From Eledone cirrhosa (Eukaryota): a DNA stretch of 64,000 nt. Positions 39,340 through 53,289 of this stretch are shown piece by piece. Below the pieces are notes generated by a model. That model saw only the letters and a program-made list of their open reading frames with translations. It made no database searches and was not told the DNA's origin. The stretch spans positions 326,616,001 to 326,680,000 of the forward strand of contig OZ024742.1 of assembly GCA_964016885.1 (NCBI GenBank). The letters run 5' to 3'. A program made the translations under genes and the position numbers. Numbering within the stretch: position 1 is the first letter of the stretch; each line of letters opens with the position of its first letter.

Positions 39340-41621
39340 GATTAACAAATAATAGTTAAATGCAGTCCACTTAGGTGAAGTCCAGTTATGGTATTCCAGG
39401 TAGTGGATGATATAAACGCTTGGCTTGGTTTGACTCAACAAGGCATTTTCATAGTGATGCTGCGGGTATGCCGTAATTCCTATGTTGTAAACACTTGGAG
39501 TAATAATAAATCAGGAAAGAAGGTTTACATGGTTTGCTATACAAAAAAGATTTTAATCACATAGCTTACATTTGTTTCACTGAACTGGTCTGTCTAGAGA
39601 TCGCTATTCGCTTAATTTTGCGTTACTCGATCGCCAATACAGAATTATAACCAGTCAGATCTTCGGAGCATGCGAGAATGAAGAAAATACACAGGCAAGA
39701 AAAGAAAAGAAAATACAGGCTACTATATGAAGTAGTAATGGCATTCAATTAGAACAATAACAACAATTACAACAATGCTATCAATAAACTATTTAAGGAG
39801 ACCCTGACATTACTTAGGTGGGGGTATATAATGTATCTAATGTTACGGCGTGTAAAACTAGCTGTCATAAGGCAAAATGAAGCGTTGGCATGTACAAAGT
39901 ATCGTAGTGTATATCAATTTTAAATTATAAAGATAAGCTAGTTTTTACAGTCTTTCTCTTCATCTTCAACAGTATACATGAGTGGGACCACTGTCAAAGC
40001 TAAATAGTTGTTGAGTTAATACAGAGGTTAACGAATTAATATACGCATATATTTACGCACACACACACATACACACACACACACGCGCTATTTTGTGCAG
40101 CTTTTACATTCCTGTTTAGTACTCTGTTATAAGTCGGTTGTGATATATGCCCAATGGGGTTTTACTGCTGCGCGTTTGTATGCGCTTGTGGTTGTGATGT
40201 TGTGATGAGTTTGTGCTTATGTATAGGTGCAATTGATTTACTAGAGATATTTCTGTGGTTGATCTTGCGTATGTGTGATTCTATGTTAGCTGCTGTTGAG
40301 AATGAGAGTTTTATAGTAGATCTATTGAGTATTTTGTGATATCTATGCGAGATAGGGAAGTGTTTATCTATTAGTTTAAAGAATGTAGAGGGCAGTCTAG
40401 TTTTTATAGAGGAGTTGAATATTGGGTTGAACCATAGGTATTTTCTTTGTCTGTTTCTTCTATAGTTTCTTGGGTTTACGTTATTAGTGTTTTGGCCGTT
40501 TACTCCAGGTGTTACATGTCTAACCCTATGTCTAGTCAAGCTATTCCTATTATTATGTGAGCGGTTGGAGTAGTAATTACTAGGATTGTTTATGTTGTCC
40601 TTATTCACTATATACTGTAGTTTATCTTTATGGCCGGCCCTACTTAATGCTGCATTATAATAGTCAGCATGCTCGTTAAAGATTTCTAGGTTTGAGGATA
40701 AGCGGGATATTCGGAGGGATATACTACGTGCTATGGATTTAATTATGGATTTGGGGTGATTTGAGTTGTAACTAATGTAGGCAAGATTTTCATTATTTTT
40801 GTGGAAAGGTTCTATTAGTCCAGTATTTAGATTTAGAGTTACATCTAGAAAATTTACCTTCTTATGGTTTAGTTCGTAGGTAATACTTAGGCCTAGTTTT
40901 TTGAAGAATATTCTAATATTTTTCCTTAGTCTTTCCATGCTCTGGTTGTTTAGGTTCCTAGCTATAAGTAACGTGTCGTCCCTATAAATTCCTCCTTGGA
41001 GGTTACTGAATTCCTTATGTAGGTTGTGTGCTATGAATAGCCCCACGATATCTGTGATTTGCGCAGAATCATTTGATCCCATTGTTATATCGAAGCTATT
41101 TATTCTATCCTTTCTTACCCAGTAGTTATTTTCAAATTTTATGATAGTCCTTCTAGCCGCTATTATTATTTCAATTTCATCATGGGTAAGATCAGAGTTA
41201 TTTTGGGCAAATATAAGCGCCTTATCTAGGGTAGCTGGGGATATGGATGCATAATAGTCGTCTATATCAAATTGTATGAAGTTACACGTCTCCCTATTTT
41301 GTATTTTATTGAACCATTTAATTGCCTCGTTAGTGTTGCCCCATAAATTGATTTCTAGTTTACCCTTTATTTGTGTGATTACCCTATCTAGAATGTTCTT
41401 GCTAATTTTACCTATGTCTGACTTGGATGGGCATATTAATCTAATGGTGGGATTAGTTTCAAAGTTATTTTTGTGATCCTTCAGGTTAAATGTTACTTTA
41501 CCTTCTTTTTGCCATAATTACAATTAGCACGCTTATCTCTTTGCATGTATGTATATTTTTGTACGAGTGTATATTGATGTGTATGTATGTGTCTATGTAC
41601 ACATGCATGTGTATATATGTG

Positions 41622-41658
<37 letters not shown>

Positions 41659-42214
41659 ATGTGTGTGTGTGCGTAAATATATGCGTATATTAATTCGTTA
41701 ACCTCTGTATTAACTCAACAACTATTTAGCTTTGACAGTGGTCCCACTCATGTATACTGTTGAAGATGAAGAGAAAGACTGTAAAAACTAGCTTATCTTT
41801 ATAATTTAAAATTGATATACACTACGATACTTTGTACATGCCAACGCTTCATTTTGCCTTATGGCAGCTAGTTTTACACGCCGTAACATTAGATACATTA
41901 TATACCCCCACCTAAGTAATGTCAGGGTCTCCTTAAATAGTTTATTGATAGCATTGTTGTAATTGTTGTTATTGTTCTAATTGAATGCCATTACTACTTC
42001 ATATAGTAGCCTGTATTTTCTTTTCTTTTCTTGCCTGTGTATTTTCTTCATTCTCGCATGCTCCGAAGATCTGACTGGTTATAATTCTGTATTGGCGATC
42101 GAGTAACGCAAAATTAAGCGAATAGCGATCTCTAGACATACCAGTTCAGTGAAACAAATGTAAGCTATGTGATTAAAAATTTTTTTGTATAGCAAACCAT
42201 GTAAACCTTCTTTC

Positions 42215-42218
<4 letters not shown>
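39340..42218 (-). mobile_element. Penelope-like element fragment flanked by ~560 bp inverted pseudo-LTRs
   Basis: Arms ~39511-40080 and 41650-42218. HHRs with CCGAAGA core at ~39563-39670 (-) and ~42058-42166 (+). Confidence 0.85.
40162..41490 (-). CDS. PLE reverse transcriptase (5'-truncated, no GIY-YIG visible)
   Basis: Open frame LKDHKNNF..RLICPSKSDIG..FDIDDYYASI..FDITMGSNDSAQITDIVG..GGIYRDD..NFLDVTLNL..SNHP..WFNP. Confidence 0.85.
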   Translation of the reverse strand, partial: FNLKDHKNNFETNPTIRLICPSKSDIGKISKNILDRVITQIKGKLEINLWGNTNEAIKWFNKIQNRETCNFIQFDIDDYYASISPATLDKALIFAQNNSDLTHDEIEIIIAARRTIIKFENNYWVRKDRINSFDITMGSNDSAQITDIVGLFIAHNLHKEFSNLQGGIYRDDTLLIARNLNNQSMERLRKNIRIFFKKLGLSITYELNHKKVNFLDVTLNLNTGLIEPFHKNNENLAYISYNSNHPKSIIKSIARSISLRISRLSSNLEIFNEHADYYNAALSRAGHKDKLQYIVNKDNINNPSNYYSNRSHNNRNSLTRHRVRHVTPGVNGQNTNNVNPRNYRRNRQRKYLWFNPIFNSSIKTRLPSTFFKLIDKHFPISHRYHKILNRSTIKLSFSTAANIESHIRKINHRNISSKSIAPIHKHKLITTSQPQAHTNAQQ

Positions 42219-42291
<73 letters not shown>

Positions 42292-42312
42292 ATATATATA
42301 TATGTATATATG

Positions 42313-42367
<55 letters not shown>

Positions 42368-42469
42368 TATATATATATATGTATATATATATACAAAATG
42401 TCAAATTATAGGCATACCTTTTATTCTCTATTCCAATGAAGGAACAACGTCTGCAACGTTAAGACATTT

Positions 42470-42805
42470 CCTACTATATGAAGAGTTAAACTAATATTCC
42501 CGTCGAGGTTTACTTTACCTTTGGTCCTTACGGAGTCGATAAAATAAAGTACCAGTAATACACTGGCATAATTGCTGGCCTTGTGCCATAAGTAGAAACA
42601 ATTATATATCATCAGCAGGCGGTGGATTGGCTGTATCGGTAGAGGGTCGGACAAAATGGTTTGCAGCAAAGAGTTACAGCCCTTTATGATCTGAGTTCAA
42701 ATCCCGCCGAGGTTAACTTTGTCTTTCATCCTTACGGGGTCGATAAAATAAAGTACCAGTAATGCACTGGATATTTGCTGGCCTTGTGCCAAAAGTAAAA
42801 ACAAT
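42470..42805 (+). mobile_element. SINE family 1: partial copy plus full copy
   Basis: A box TGGCTGTATCGG, B box GAGTTCAAATCC. Confidence 0.8.
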
Positions 42806-42905
42806 TATATATCATCATTGTACTGTGTTATTCTCATTGTTGACTTTCCGCACGTATATATATGTATATAACCTCTATGAATCAAATTTTGCGCCTGCCT
42901 ACCTG

Positions 42906-42963
<58 letters not shown>

Positions 42964-43159
42964 TAACTGAAATATCAGAAACCATTACTCCGAGCTTCAC
43001 GTGGTCGATTTTTAAAACAACGTTGTTTTAAATAACTGTATGTATGGAAATATATACAACATATACAATATATTCAATTAATACATATTTAATCTTGTTG
43101 CCAAACTATAAGTATGTATAGACCCGTAAATCTTAATGGAGTCGTAGGCGCTGAAATGA

Positions 43160-44399
43160 CATGTGGTGTGTTTGGGGTATGTTATACCTTTCCGTGTCTA
43201 AACACAGTGGATTTCTTACAGAGAATGGGGGAAAGAGTGATGGCGAGCAGGTGAGAACCAAATACAAAGAAAGAATCGACCACAGTATTGGACTGTTACT
43301 TTGCTTATCGACATTAAAAACATTAGAACTCAGAGCGAATACAGCATAGCAATCTACCCAGTGTTTCTAACTACTTTACCAATTAGCTGCCTTTTGAAAA
43401 TACAATCTGTGAAACCAAGAACTTTGAAAGAAAATGAGTGCAGCGCAAATTCTCTGGTAGTGTAATGATTACGTCTCTTTATGTTCTGAGTAATCAAGAT
43501 GGAGAAATAATTTTTTCTATATCGACCCCCGTAAGGATGAAAGGCAGAATTAACATCGGCGGGATTTGAACTCAGGTCGTAAAGGGACGTAACTCTATGC
43601 TGGAAAGCATGGCATTCGACTCTCCACCGATACTGCCAATAAATAATTGTTTCTATTTTTTGTACAAGGCCAGCAATTACCCAGTACATTACTGGTACTT
43701 TATTTTATCGACCCCGTAAGGATGAAAGGCAAAGTTAACCTCGGCGGGATTTGAACTCAGTTCGTAAAGGGATGTAACTCTATGCTGGAAAGCATGGCGT
43801 CCGACTCTCCACCGATACTGCCAAGAAATAATTGTTTCTACTTTAGGCACAAGGCCAGCAATTACCCAGTGCATTACTGGTACTTTATTTTATCGACCCC
43901 GTAAGGATGAAAGGCAAAGTCAACCTCGGTGGGATTTGAACTCAGATCGTAAAGTGACGTAACTATGCTGGAAAGCATGGCGTCCGACCCTCTACCGATA
44001 CTGTCAATCCACCGCCTTTTATCCTTACGGGGGTCGATATAGAAAAAATTATTTCTCCATCTTGATTACTCAGAACATAAAGAGACGTAATCATTACACT
44101 ACCAGAGAATTTGCGCTGCACTCATTTTCTTTCAAAGTTCTTGGTTTCACAGATTGTATTTTCAAAAGGCAGCTAATTGGTAAAGTAGTTAGAAACACTG
44201 GGTAGATTGCTATGCTGTATTCGCTCTGAGTTCTAATGTTTTTAATGTCGATAGGCAAAGTAACAGTCCAATATTGTGGTCGATTCTTTCTTTGTATTTG
44301 GTTCTCACCTGCTCGCCATCACTCTTTCCCCCATTCTCTGTAAGAAATCCACTGTGTTTAGACACGGAAAGGTATAACATACCCCAAACACACCACATG
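43160..44399. repeat. ~380 bp inverted duplication enclosing a tandem trimer of SINE family 1 (43522-44016, minus)
   Basis: 43160-43538 is the reverse complement of 44021-44399. Confidence 0.85.
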
Positions 44400-44699
44400 C
44401 CAAGAAATAATATCTGCCCTTCACCCTTGTGGTAACACTAAATTATGTACTGGTCTACTTTTACTTTTTTTTCCATTTTTGAAAATATTTTCAATGCTTA
44501 CGTCTGCAGAAATAGTTCTGTTCATATTTTTTTAATGGCCATCGAGTTGTGTGAGAGTGTGATAGACGCGGTTGATCATCTTGAATAACTATTACTTAAT
44601 AGCTGAAGGGAAAATGTGAGCATGGTGGAAATTCTAGACGATTAACGTCTGTGAAGAAAGGATTTGGCTTAGTAGATAGTGTGACGTCAAAATATATAA

Positions 44700-45285
44700 A
44701 GGCGGTGAATTGGCATAATTGTTAGATCGTAGAACAAAATACCTTGCAGTATTTAACAATGAGCCTTTATGTTCTGTGTTTAAATTCTGCCGACAAGTTT
44801 AGCTTCCTTTCTTCCGACGATCGATAAAATAAATTACCAGTCAAATGTTGGTTTGATTTAATTAACCCTGTACTTTCCTAAAATTGTGCCTAAATAAAAA
44901 AATCAATAAATATTTGATAACTAATTTTAGAGGAAGAAATGGCAGAGTCGTTAGTGAGTCGGTATATGTTCCCAGTCTTTACATTCTCAGTTCAAATCCA
45001 TCGAAACACAGCGTTATTTTTCATTTTGTCGGTGTGGGGTGTTAATGATGTAAATTACCAGCAAAGTATTGGGTTTGATTTAATTGATTATATCCCTCTT
45101 CAAAATTTGAGGCCAGGCATCTATTTTAGAAACCAATATTTATTTAATAAGCCACTCTAGGTGGTGAATTGGCAGAGTCATTAGAGTGTCGGATTAAATA
45201 CCTCGATAATTGTTTCTGCTCTGTGACATCAAATTATGTCGAGGTTAACTTTATCTTTCATCTTTTGGGGGTTGATGAATAAATA
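44700..45285 (+). mobile_element. Cluster of three old, diverged SINE family 1 copies
   Basis: GGCGGTGAATTGGCA-type heads and remnants of the TTTCATC..GATAAAAT body. Confidence 0.6.
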
Positions 45286-45967
45286 ACACGCCAGGGGCGG
45301 AGACGTTTGTTTGGCATAATACTTAAATCGTCTGACAGAATGGTTTGTGGTGTCCGTCCCGGCTTTGGGCGACGTTCTGGGTTTCAACTCTACGTCCTGT
45401 CACCGGAAAATCAATAACCTTTCTGTCAGAAGTTGCAACCGGCAGATAGTATCAGCAATGGAAAGATCAATGGAAACAATTCTTTTCGTCTGAGGTCTGA
45501 ACTGACGATTGGCTTCTTTCCTTTCTTTTTCGCTTTGTGAACAATAACCTCATTGGTTATAGGTTTCCAATGGGTCAATCACTGCTTCAAAGCAATTACT
45601 ATGCTTACAGTGACAAAAGAATATCTTTACCATTCGTGCAGAACAAATTTCTCACAATAAAGTTTCGTTCAAAAGCACCAATCTCTTGGTATGTGTGCAT
45701 ACGTGGATGTGTAGGGGGGTGTATGTGTGCATATATATAATGTGTGTGCGTGTCTCTGTGTGTGTGTGTCACAGGTGTATATTCAGGATGGGCTAATAGA
45801 GTCTGCACTATTACTGTATATTTCAAGTCTTCTGCATTGTTTACATTGTCACTAAACGGTATTTCATGGTCGTTTTATAGAACAATGGTCTCAAGTTTAT
45901 CGTATTAAATATCTGCTCAACCATTCATTATCGATAGTTGATTTTATTGTTATTTCTATAATTACAG

Positions 45968-46474
45968 AAGCGGGCATCGTGTCTACCAGCTTAAACTTCA
46001 CCTCAGCCAAATTCATTCCTGTTTTCGTCAATAATACTCAAACAAACACAGGCAATGTCGTCAAAGGTTCCAATTTAATTGTTCTAAACAAGGTTAATGA
46101 GACCATTTCTCCAGTGGTGCATGAAACCCGTCGACGGACGTATTTCAATGAAACGGCGGGACTTACTCTCATCGGTTCTTCAACACGCAGTAACCTAAAT
46201 AACCTAAGCAGTCAATCGGTTTTCAATAATATCTCGTACAATGGAGTTCTCTCCCCTGTGAACTCTGGCGAGTCTTTGCGGATAACAAAAAGAACAGCTA
46301 CATCAACAACAACAGCCACTGTATTCGTTCAAGGCGATGATAACTTGCAACATACTTGTAACCCAGAGACCAATGAGAAATGCAAAGTGCAGATCTTTGA
46401 GCGATGTTCTAAATCAGAAAATTGTGAATGTCTTAGAGGGTACATGGTCTCCACAATTTCTGGTTTATGTGTTG
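45968..46474 (+). CDS. Internal exon of a mucin-like extracellular protein (Ser/Thr/Asn-rich stalk plus six-Cys EGF-like module)
   Basis: Acceptor ...TAATTACAG, donor G|GTAAGT, 507 bp symmetric phase 1-1, open frame ending CNPETNEKC..ERC..ENCECLRGY..GLCV. Confidence 0.8.
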
Positions 46475-46850
46475 GTAAGTACATGTCATTCATATATTTA
46501 CATCACTCACAAATGTACGCATTTATATAAAATACATGCATGCATTTACCACATGTGTCTCTGTGTGGTCGATCAACCTGCTAGAAATAGCAGCCACATT
46601 CTTATAAACTCCATCTTGAAAAACTAAGAACACATTCGATAATAAGACCCTGATAGCACACTGCTTGCAAAACACAAAGATGGGATAATCATCGCTTGAA
46701 CGCTTTTGACCATATGTCTGCTCAAACAGGGTTGAAGTAGTGATAAACAATATAATCATATATATATATATATATTATTTGTATCTAAAGACATTTTTTT
46801 CCAATTCCATCCCACCCGTCCCCTCAATCCATTTTATTTCTCATTCTTTA

Positions 46851-46883
46851 TTCTGATGAAGGACTAGCGTCCGAAACGTTAAG
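46851..46883 (+). ncRNA. Minimal PLE-type hammerhead
   Basis: CTGATGA AGGAC-TAGC-GTCC GAAAC GTT, with palindromic AACGTT. Confidence 0.8.
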
Positions 46884-47032
46884 ACCCTCTTCCTGCTATA
46901 TCAAGTGTTAACCTAATATATACCTTCCATATACTGTACCGATTGTGTTGTTATTTCTGTTTACCTTTTACATACATATATGTATGTTTGTATGTATGTA
47001 TGTATGTATAGTATTCTTTGGTTGAATCGCAA

Positions 47033-47116
47033 GTCTGAAGAACGGATCTATAATGAAGTCGGGTCCATAACTTCTATGGGTGACCCTAAGCCAATCCTCT
47101 GTGAAACGCGCGTAAC
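47033..47116 (+). ncRNA. Hammerhead with branched stem II
   Basis: GT CTGAAGA ACGGA..GGGTC/GACCC..TCTGT GAAAC GCGC GTA AC. Confidence 0.7.
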
Positions 47117-47709
47117 AGGTCAAAAAAAACTCACTGCATGTAAATGAAACTGCTTCAGCATAGAGTACCACCACCAGTAATTCACTGATTCACATACTCT
47201 ATGTATGTTTTAATATATATAGATTTCTTTGTCTGTAGATGTGTGTTATGTAAATATAACTGCAAAAATTACAATTGTGTGTATATATACTCTATTGTAT
47301 ATCTTATAGTTTTTATTTGTTTACATGTTTCTTTACATATGTATTTAGGTACAGCCTACTTAACTGGTATGAATGTGTATTTAGATATATTTCTATGTTT
47401 CTGCATATGTTGAGTGTGTATGTGTATGCGCATATATATGTATGTTCATGTGTGTACAGGTATATAAATGGAAAGAATACGGAATAATGTTTGAAAGGGT
47501 TTAGATAAATTGACTATGCATAGAATACAAAGTGTTTAAGGTCACTAACCAAAAATAACCACAATTAGTCAGTACTTGCCTTTACTACCTTATCCTCTAT
47601 CTGGTCATGTTTCACAATATCTAGCTTAAAAGCATTCGTGTGACGAAAAACAATCTTTAGGAACCCGGCACGCAGCTATTTGTGGTAGGCATTCAATATC
47701 AGAGTGAAG

Positions 47710-47897
47710 GGCGGTGGATTGGCAGTATCGGTAAAAGGTCGGACGCCATGCTTTGCAGCATAGAGTTACGGTCCTTTATGATCAGTGTTCAAATCCTGCC
47801 GAGGTTAACTTTGCCTTTCATCCTTACGGGGTCGATAAAATAAAGTACCGGTAATGCACTGGGTAATTGCTGGCCTTGTGCCTAAAGTAGAAACAAT
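47710..47897 (+). mobile_element. Full-length tRNA-derived SINE family 1
   Basis: A box TGGCAGTATCGG, B box GTTCAAATCC, tail GGCCTTGTGCCTAAAGTAGAAACAAT. Many more partial copies between 48240 and 63690. Confidence 0.85.
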
Positions 47898-48682
47898 ATC
47901 AGACAGAGTGACGCTTTATTAGAGCAACATCTCGGTCATAGCAATGTAAACATCCAAAAGACCTTACACTTAGTGGGGTAAAAGCCATGACAGGAGAAAC
48001 AGCTTATTTATCTTTGTTTGTCGAACCACTATGTCACACGACATAAATTCAACTGCAGTAATAATCACCTACGATCCTCCACCCATTGTAAGATTTTTAA
48101 TCATTTGTGTTCCTGTAGTTTAGTGATTAGTCATAGCCATGGGTGGGGTTTTAATCCATATTCTGAATTTGAACTTAGAATGTGAAGTAGCGAAACAGAT
48201 ACAGACAGTATCACACATGACACTTTAACAATTCCGTTATAAACTGGTACTTGAAAAGTGAAAGGCAACTTTGATCTTGGCAGGGTTTGAACTCAGAGAG
48301 CAATGAGACGGAATAAATACTGCAAGATATTTTCCTAACTCCACCCCGCCGTCAAATATTGCTTCTTTTTATCCAATATTTTTGTAAACATTAAAGAATA
48401 TTATGAATTATTATTGTCTCTTGGACAGCCCTTGTGGCCAATAAATGAAATCATTATTGTCTCTTGGAAAATATACGCCCAAAATCTTTACTGTTTTTTT
48501 AAGTAGGAATGGTAATACAGACGATGTGAGTAGTAATTATGTTTGAATATTTAACAAATTCCTGTCAATTTCTTACGAAGAATACAGGCTTAGATATTGT
48601 CCAATATGAAAATTAATTGAAATTTGAAACAAATGTGTCATGCAGCTTAAGACCAGACAGATAGTGTTATCCCCTTCAAAGT

Positions 48683-48878
48683 CAGACCTGCCAAATCTTC
48701 CCGTCCAACAGGAAGATCTCCCACCCACTATGTGGTGGGTGAGAGATGTCTTATCTTGTGATAATGGGTATAGCTTTCATTATGTAAAATCTCCCCATTT
48801 TGCCTCATTTCTCCCCGTTTTGGGGCCCATTTTTAACATGGTACTCACCGTTTAGGTTATTAGAGGTTGGCACGTCAG
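48683..48878. mobile_element. ~190 bp MITE with TIR CAGACCTGCCAA (hAT-like)
   Basis: Copies at 53918-54109 and, inverted, at 50742-51109, where a SINE interrupts it at ~50838-51014. Confidence 0.7.
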
Positions 48879-51667
48879 TACAAGAGCGCCATTCCATCGA
48901 ATTCTTCAAAGCGCCATTCCATCGAAAAGCTTCAAACTTTAATGATTCTTATCACTGTTTACTCTTCGTTCATTATTTCCTATAATCTCCAGGAATCTTA
49001 TATTTAGATCGTTGACCCAAACCCTAATATAATTGTTTCTACTTTTGGCACAAGGCCAGCAATTATCCCAGTGCATTATTGGTGCGTTATTTTATCGACC
49101 CCGTAAGAAGGAAAGGTAAAGTTAACCACGGCAAAATTTGGAGGAATGTGACAGGCTGGCCAACTGACTAGGGCCTGCAGTATTCAACGAAGCTTACTCG
49201 CTTAAAATTCTACTTGTTATATTTTTGTACTGTTACTTAAACGTATATCATATACACTTACATGTACATGTGTATATCCGTAAACCATACATAAATATCA
49301 TGTATTTAATACTGGTTACTGCAATGCGTAATGAGTTCATTGAAATTCGGTTATGGAAGGAAATGCTTGCCCAAGGTTCCACGCTGTTAGACTGCAAGCG
49401 AAACCACATAGCTATAAAGGGACCATCTTAGTCATATACCCTTGATTGTTTATTATTTCTTTCATTTCACGTCTGCCTTCCAATTCCACCAAGTTTGGCT
49501 TTTTAATTACTTTCTTTTCAAGCATGGTCGAATGGTTAGGAAGTTTTCTTTGCAATCATAAGATTCTGGGCTCGAAACCGATAGAGATCAGCTGCTTCCA
49601 ATCCATGTATTCAAGGCCTAGAACCTATTGATTTTATCTAGGCACAATGCCTGCAATTCTGATGGGAGAGGCAAGTCTATTAAATCAACCGAATACTTGA
49701 CTGGTACATTATTTTATCGGCCTCGGAAAGACGACATGCAAAATTGACCTTGGTAAGATATGAACTCAGAACATAACGATCCGCAACAATTACTAATAAA
49801 CAGTGTTGTTTGATGCTCTTAAAAGCTCTGCCAATCCACTGCTATCAAAGTGAAGAAATCATTGACCAATAACAATATACAGAGGTCAATTTACTGAATT
49901 ATATACCCCCTCCCAGAATGTATTGGTTTTCCTCATTACAAGAAAGCCGTGCATTTATAAGTGTATGAATAAAGTCTATTATCTCGGCCACATGACATAA
50001 CTGTGAATGTCGTGTTTAACAACAGTGTTTATTCAAATACATTCGCTGTCGTTGCACACAATCCTTTCCGTTCAGAAGAGGTTTTATCAAATGAATAGCC
50101 AAACTATTACATTGCTTGAACTATTAGCCACCTTAAATAGACCTAAGCACGCAAACAATAATATTAGCATAACAATGACATCATATTACAGTTATTCATT
50201 TCATTGACGATCCCCGAAGCGTAAAAAGCAAAGTTACACAGTGGAGTTTGAACTCAGAACTCCGAGTGATGAATCACAGTACGCTCCATTTTGGGCAACT
50301 CCAATGTTTTCTTCCCTCAGAGATTTGGCAGAATGATTAGTGCGTTGGACAAAATACTTACTGGCGTTTAGTTTCGACACTTTACGTTCTAAATTCAAAT
50401 CATACCGAAGTCAATTTTGCCTTCCATTCTTTTTAGATGGATAAAATAAATAATTGCTTCTACTTTTGGCACAAGGCCAACAATTATCCCAGTGTATTAC
50501 TGGTACTTTATTCTATCGACCCCGTAAAGATGAAAGGCAAAGTTAATCTCGGCGGGATTTGAACTCTGAACATAAAGCATGGCGCCAGACCCTAATACCA
50601 GTCTAGAACTGAGGTCGATTTAATCGACTTTTCCCCACACCTCCAAATTTCTGGCTTTATAAAGCATTTTTGATCTTTGTCTAAACAAAACCAATCGGTA
50701 TTGTTACTGTGTTGTGTAGCTCGAGGAAATAGTTACGTTCATCAGACCTGCCGACCTCTAACAACCCAAACGGGGACTACCATGAAAAAAGTGCGCTAAA
50801 ACGGGGAGAAATGAGGCAAAATGGGGAAATTTACATAATTGTTCCTACTTTTTGGCACAAGGCCAGCAATTACCCAGTGCATTACTGGTACTTTATTTTA
50901 TCGAACCCGTAAGGATGAAAGGCAAAGTCAACCTCAGCGGGATTTGAACTCAGATCGTTAAGGGACGTAACTATGCTGGAAAGCATGGTATCCGACCTTC
51001 TACCGATACTGCCGAAAGCTATACCCATTTTCACACGAGAAGACAACTCTCACCCATTCAAAAATGTGTGGGAGATCTCCTCGTTGGAGTGGGAGAGTTG
51101 ACAGGTCTGCAGATCCTATATTGTAACATTTTGCATAGTCAAGAAAAAAATAGCGTAATATTTTAGCGATTACTTTAATGCAGTTCTGTTTCTGTATATT
51201 ATTTCAATCCCTGGGAGAGTAAACTTGCACTTGGCAATCAGGGTAAACTAAGTGATGTGCGGACATATATATAATATGTTTCACATCACTTTTTTTATTC
51301 TTTATTTCCAATTGTTGTTTCTTATCACATTCAATGTAAAAATCTTATCGAAGGAAATCCGACGCAGTCACGAGACCTACTGGAAATAGCAGCCAAATCA
51401 CCATGTTATCACCATCTATTGTATTAAAATATGAAGGGCACATTAATTAATGTGTGCTATAATAGTGACTAGATAGATGGATAGCTGAACGGATGGATGG
51501 ATAGATAGATTTGTGTATGGATCGATAAATTAATGTATGGATCGATAAATTAATGTATGGATCAATAAATTAATGTATGGATCAATAAATTAATAGATGG
51601 CTTTATGGAGGGATTGAATGATGGACTAACGGAGAGTAGATTAATGAATGGATTGGTGGATATATAT

Positions 51668-51703
<36 letters not shown>

Positions 51704-51780
51704 AATATATATATTAGAAAGTGAGGTTCTTTTTACAAAATGAAAAATAACCGAGGTGTCCTACACGAGTGAAAGTATAA

Positions 51781-52066
51781 AGAAAAAAGGATGAAATCGA
51801 AAATGCAACTGGAGTCTTATTTAAAAAAAATATATATATATTTATTTGGTTCCTTTACCGGTTTCGCAGTTCTTCTGCTTTTCAAAAGTAGAGTTGAGAT
51901 GGACGGTCTGTGGTTTTTATCAGATGTGAGAAAAACCACAGACCCTCCATCTCAACTCTACTTTTGAAAAGCAGAAGAACTGCGAAACCGGTAAAGGAAC
52001 CAAATAAATATATATATATTTTTTTTAAATAAGACTCCAGTTGCATTTTCGATTTCATCTTTTTTT

Positions 52067-52070
<4 letters not shown>
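51781..52070. mobile_element. ~140 bp-arm palindrome carrying a hammerhead 3' half
   Basis: Arms 51781-51918 and 51930-52070. The right arm has GAAAC CG GTA with palindromic ACCGGT. Confidence 0.6.
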
Positions 52071-52131
<61 letters not shown>

Positions 52132-53289
52132 TGGCTGGCTAGCTGGATGGATGGATAGAAGGATGGATTGGTGGATAGGTGGGAGGGTGGATGGATTGGT
52201 GGATAGGTGGGTAGATTTTTGGATCTATATGTTGGTGGATTTATGGATTTGTGGCTAGCCGTCTGGATGGATTGATGGGTTGGTGGATGGGTAGGTGGAT
52301 GAATTGTTGAATAAATAGATTCGCAGATTCCTGGATTGATGGAAGAAGGATGACTGTAGGAATGAATCAATGGATAGCTTCATAGACGGTTAGAATTTTT
52401 TGTTGTATGCCTAGATTAATGGATGTTGGATGTATGAAGAGGTTGATAGATATAGGAATCAGTCTATGTATGTAGTGTATACGCTTCAAAACCCAATAAA
52501 AATGTTAAAACAGAAAAGATAAACTAGTAGAATTCTGTTTTCTTTTGCCATACTTCACATACCTGAAGGTATTGTTGTCAACATTATTGCACGATCTTCA
52601 CCAACCACCATCATCATCATGACTAATCATCATCATGAACAACAACCACTTCTATCCTTCTTACAAATACTATTTCACTTTAAATTGCCCTCTATATCTA
52701 TATGATGTATGTACACAGGGTTTTTGTCACTATCCTAACCACCCCTAACGTTCTAGTTTAGTTCCTCTTATGAGTCAGTCGTCTTTGTATAAACCCTAAT
52801 AATGAATGCAATGATATTTCATTGTTTGTTTATTGGTGGAGGGATTTCTTTCCTCTCGGAAAAGATTGTTTGCTCAAACTTTTGTGGCTTATGAAGAGTG
52901 AGTTGGTGGTTGAGGAATGAGGTTAGGTTAAATACTGTACTTGAACTACCTTCACTAACAACAGTAGAAGCAATACAACCATCATCATTGTCTCCCTCAT
53001 AGTCATCAACGGTATTATCATCATCGTTGTTGTCGGCATTGTCATTTTGATCACCATGTGATCTCCAGAAGCAGCCGCGTCACTGAATGTTTAAGAAGGT
53101 CGCGTGAATCCGAATTCAATACCACTGCGCAGACCTTGGGACGTGTGTCTTCTATCGCACACACAAACACACACAAACTCACACACACACACAAATATGT
53201 ATGCGGGGTGGTGAATCAAGTACACAAAGACAAAAATACTAGACTAATGGTATATTTAGTATCATGCTTATAGAAAGTTGTAAAATCGT

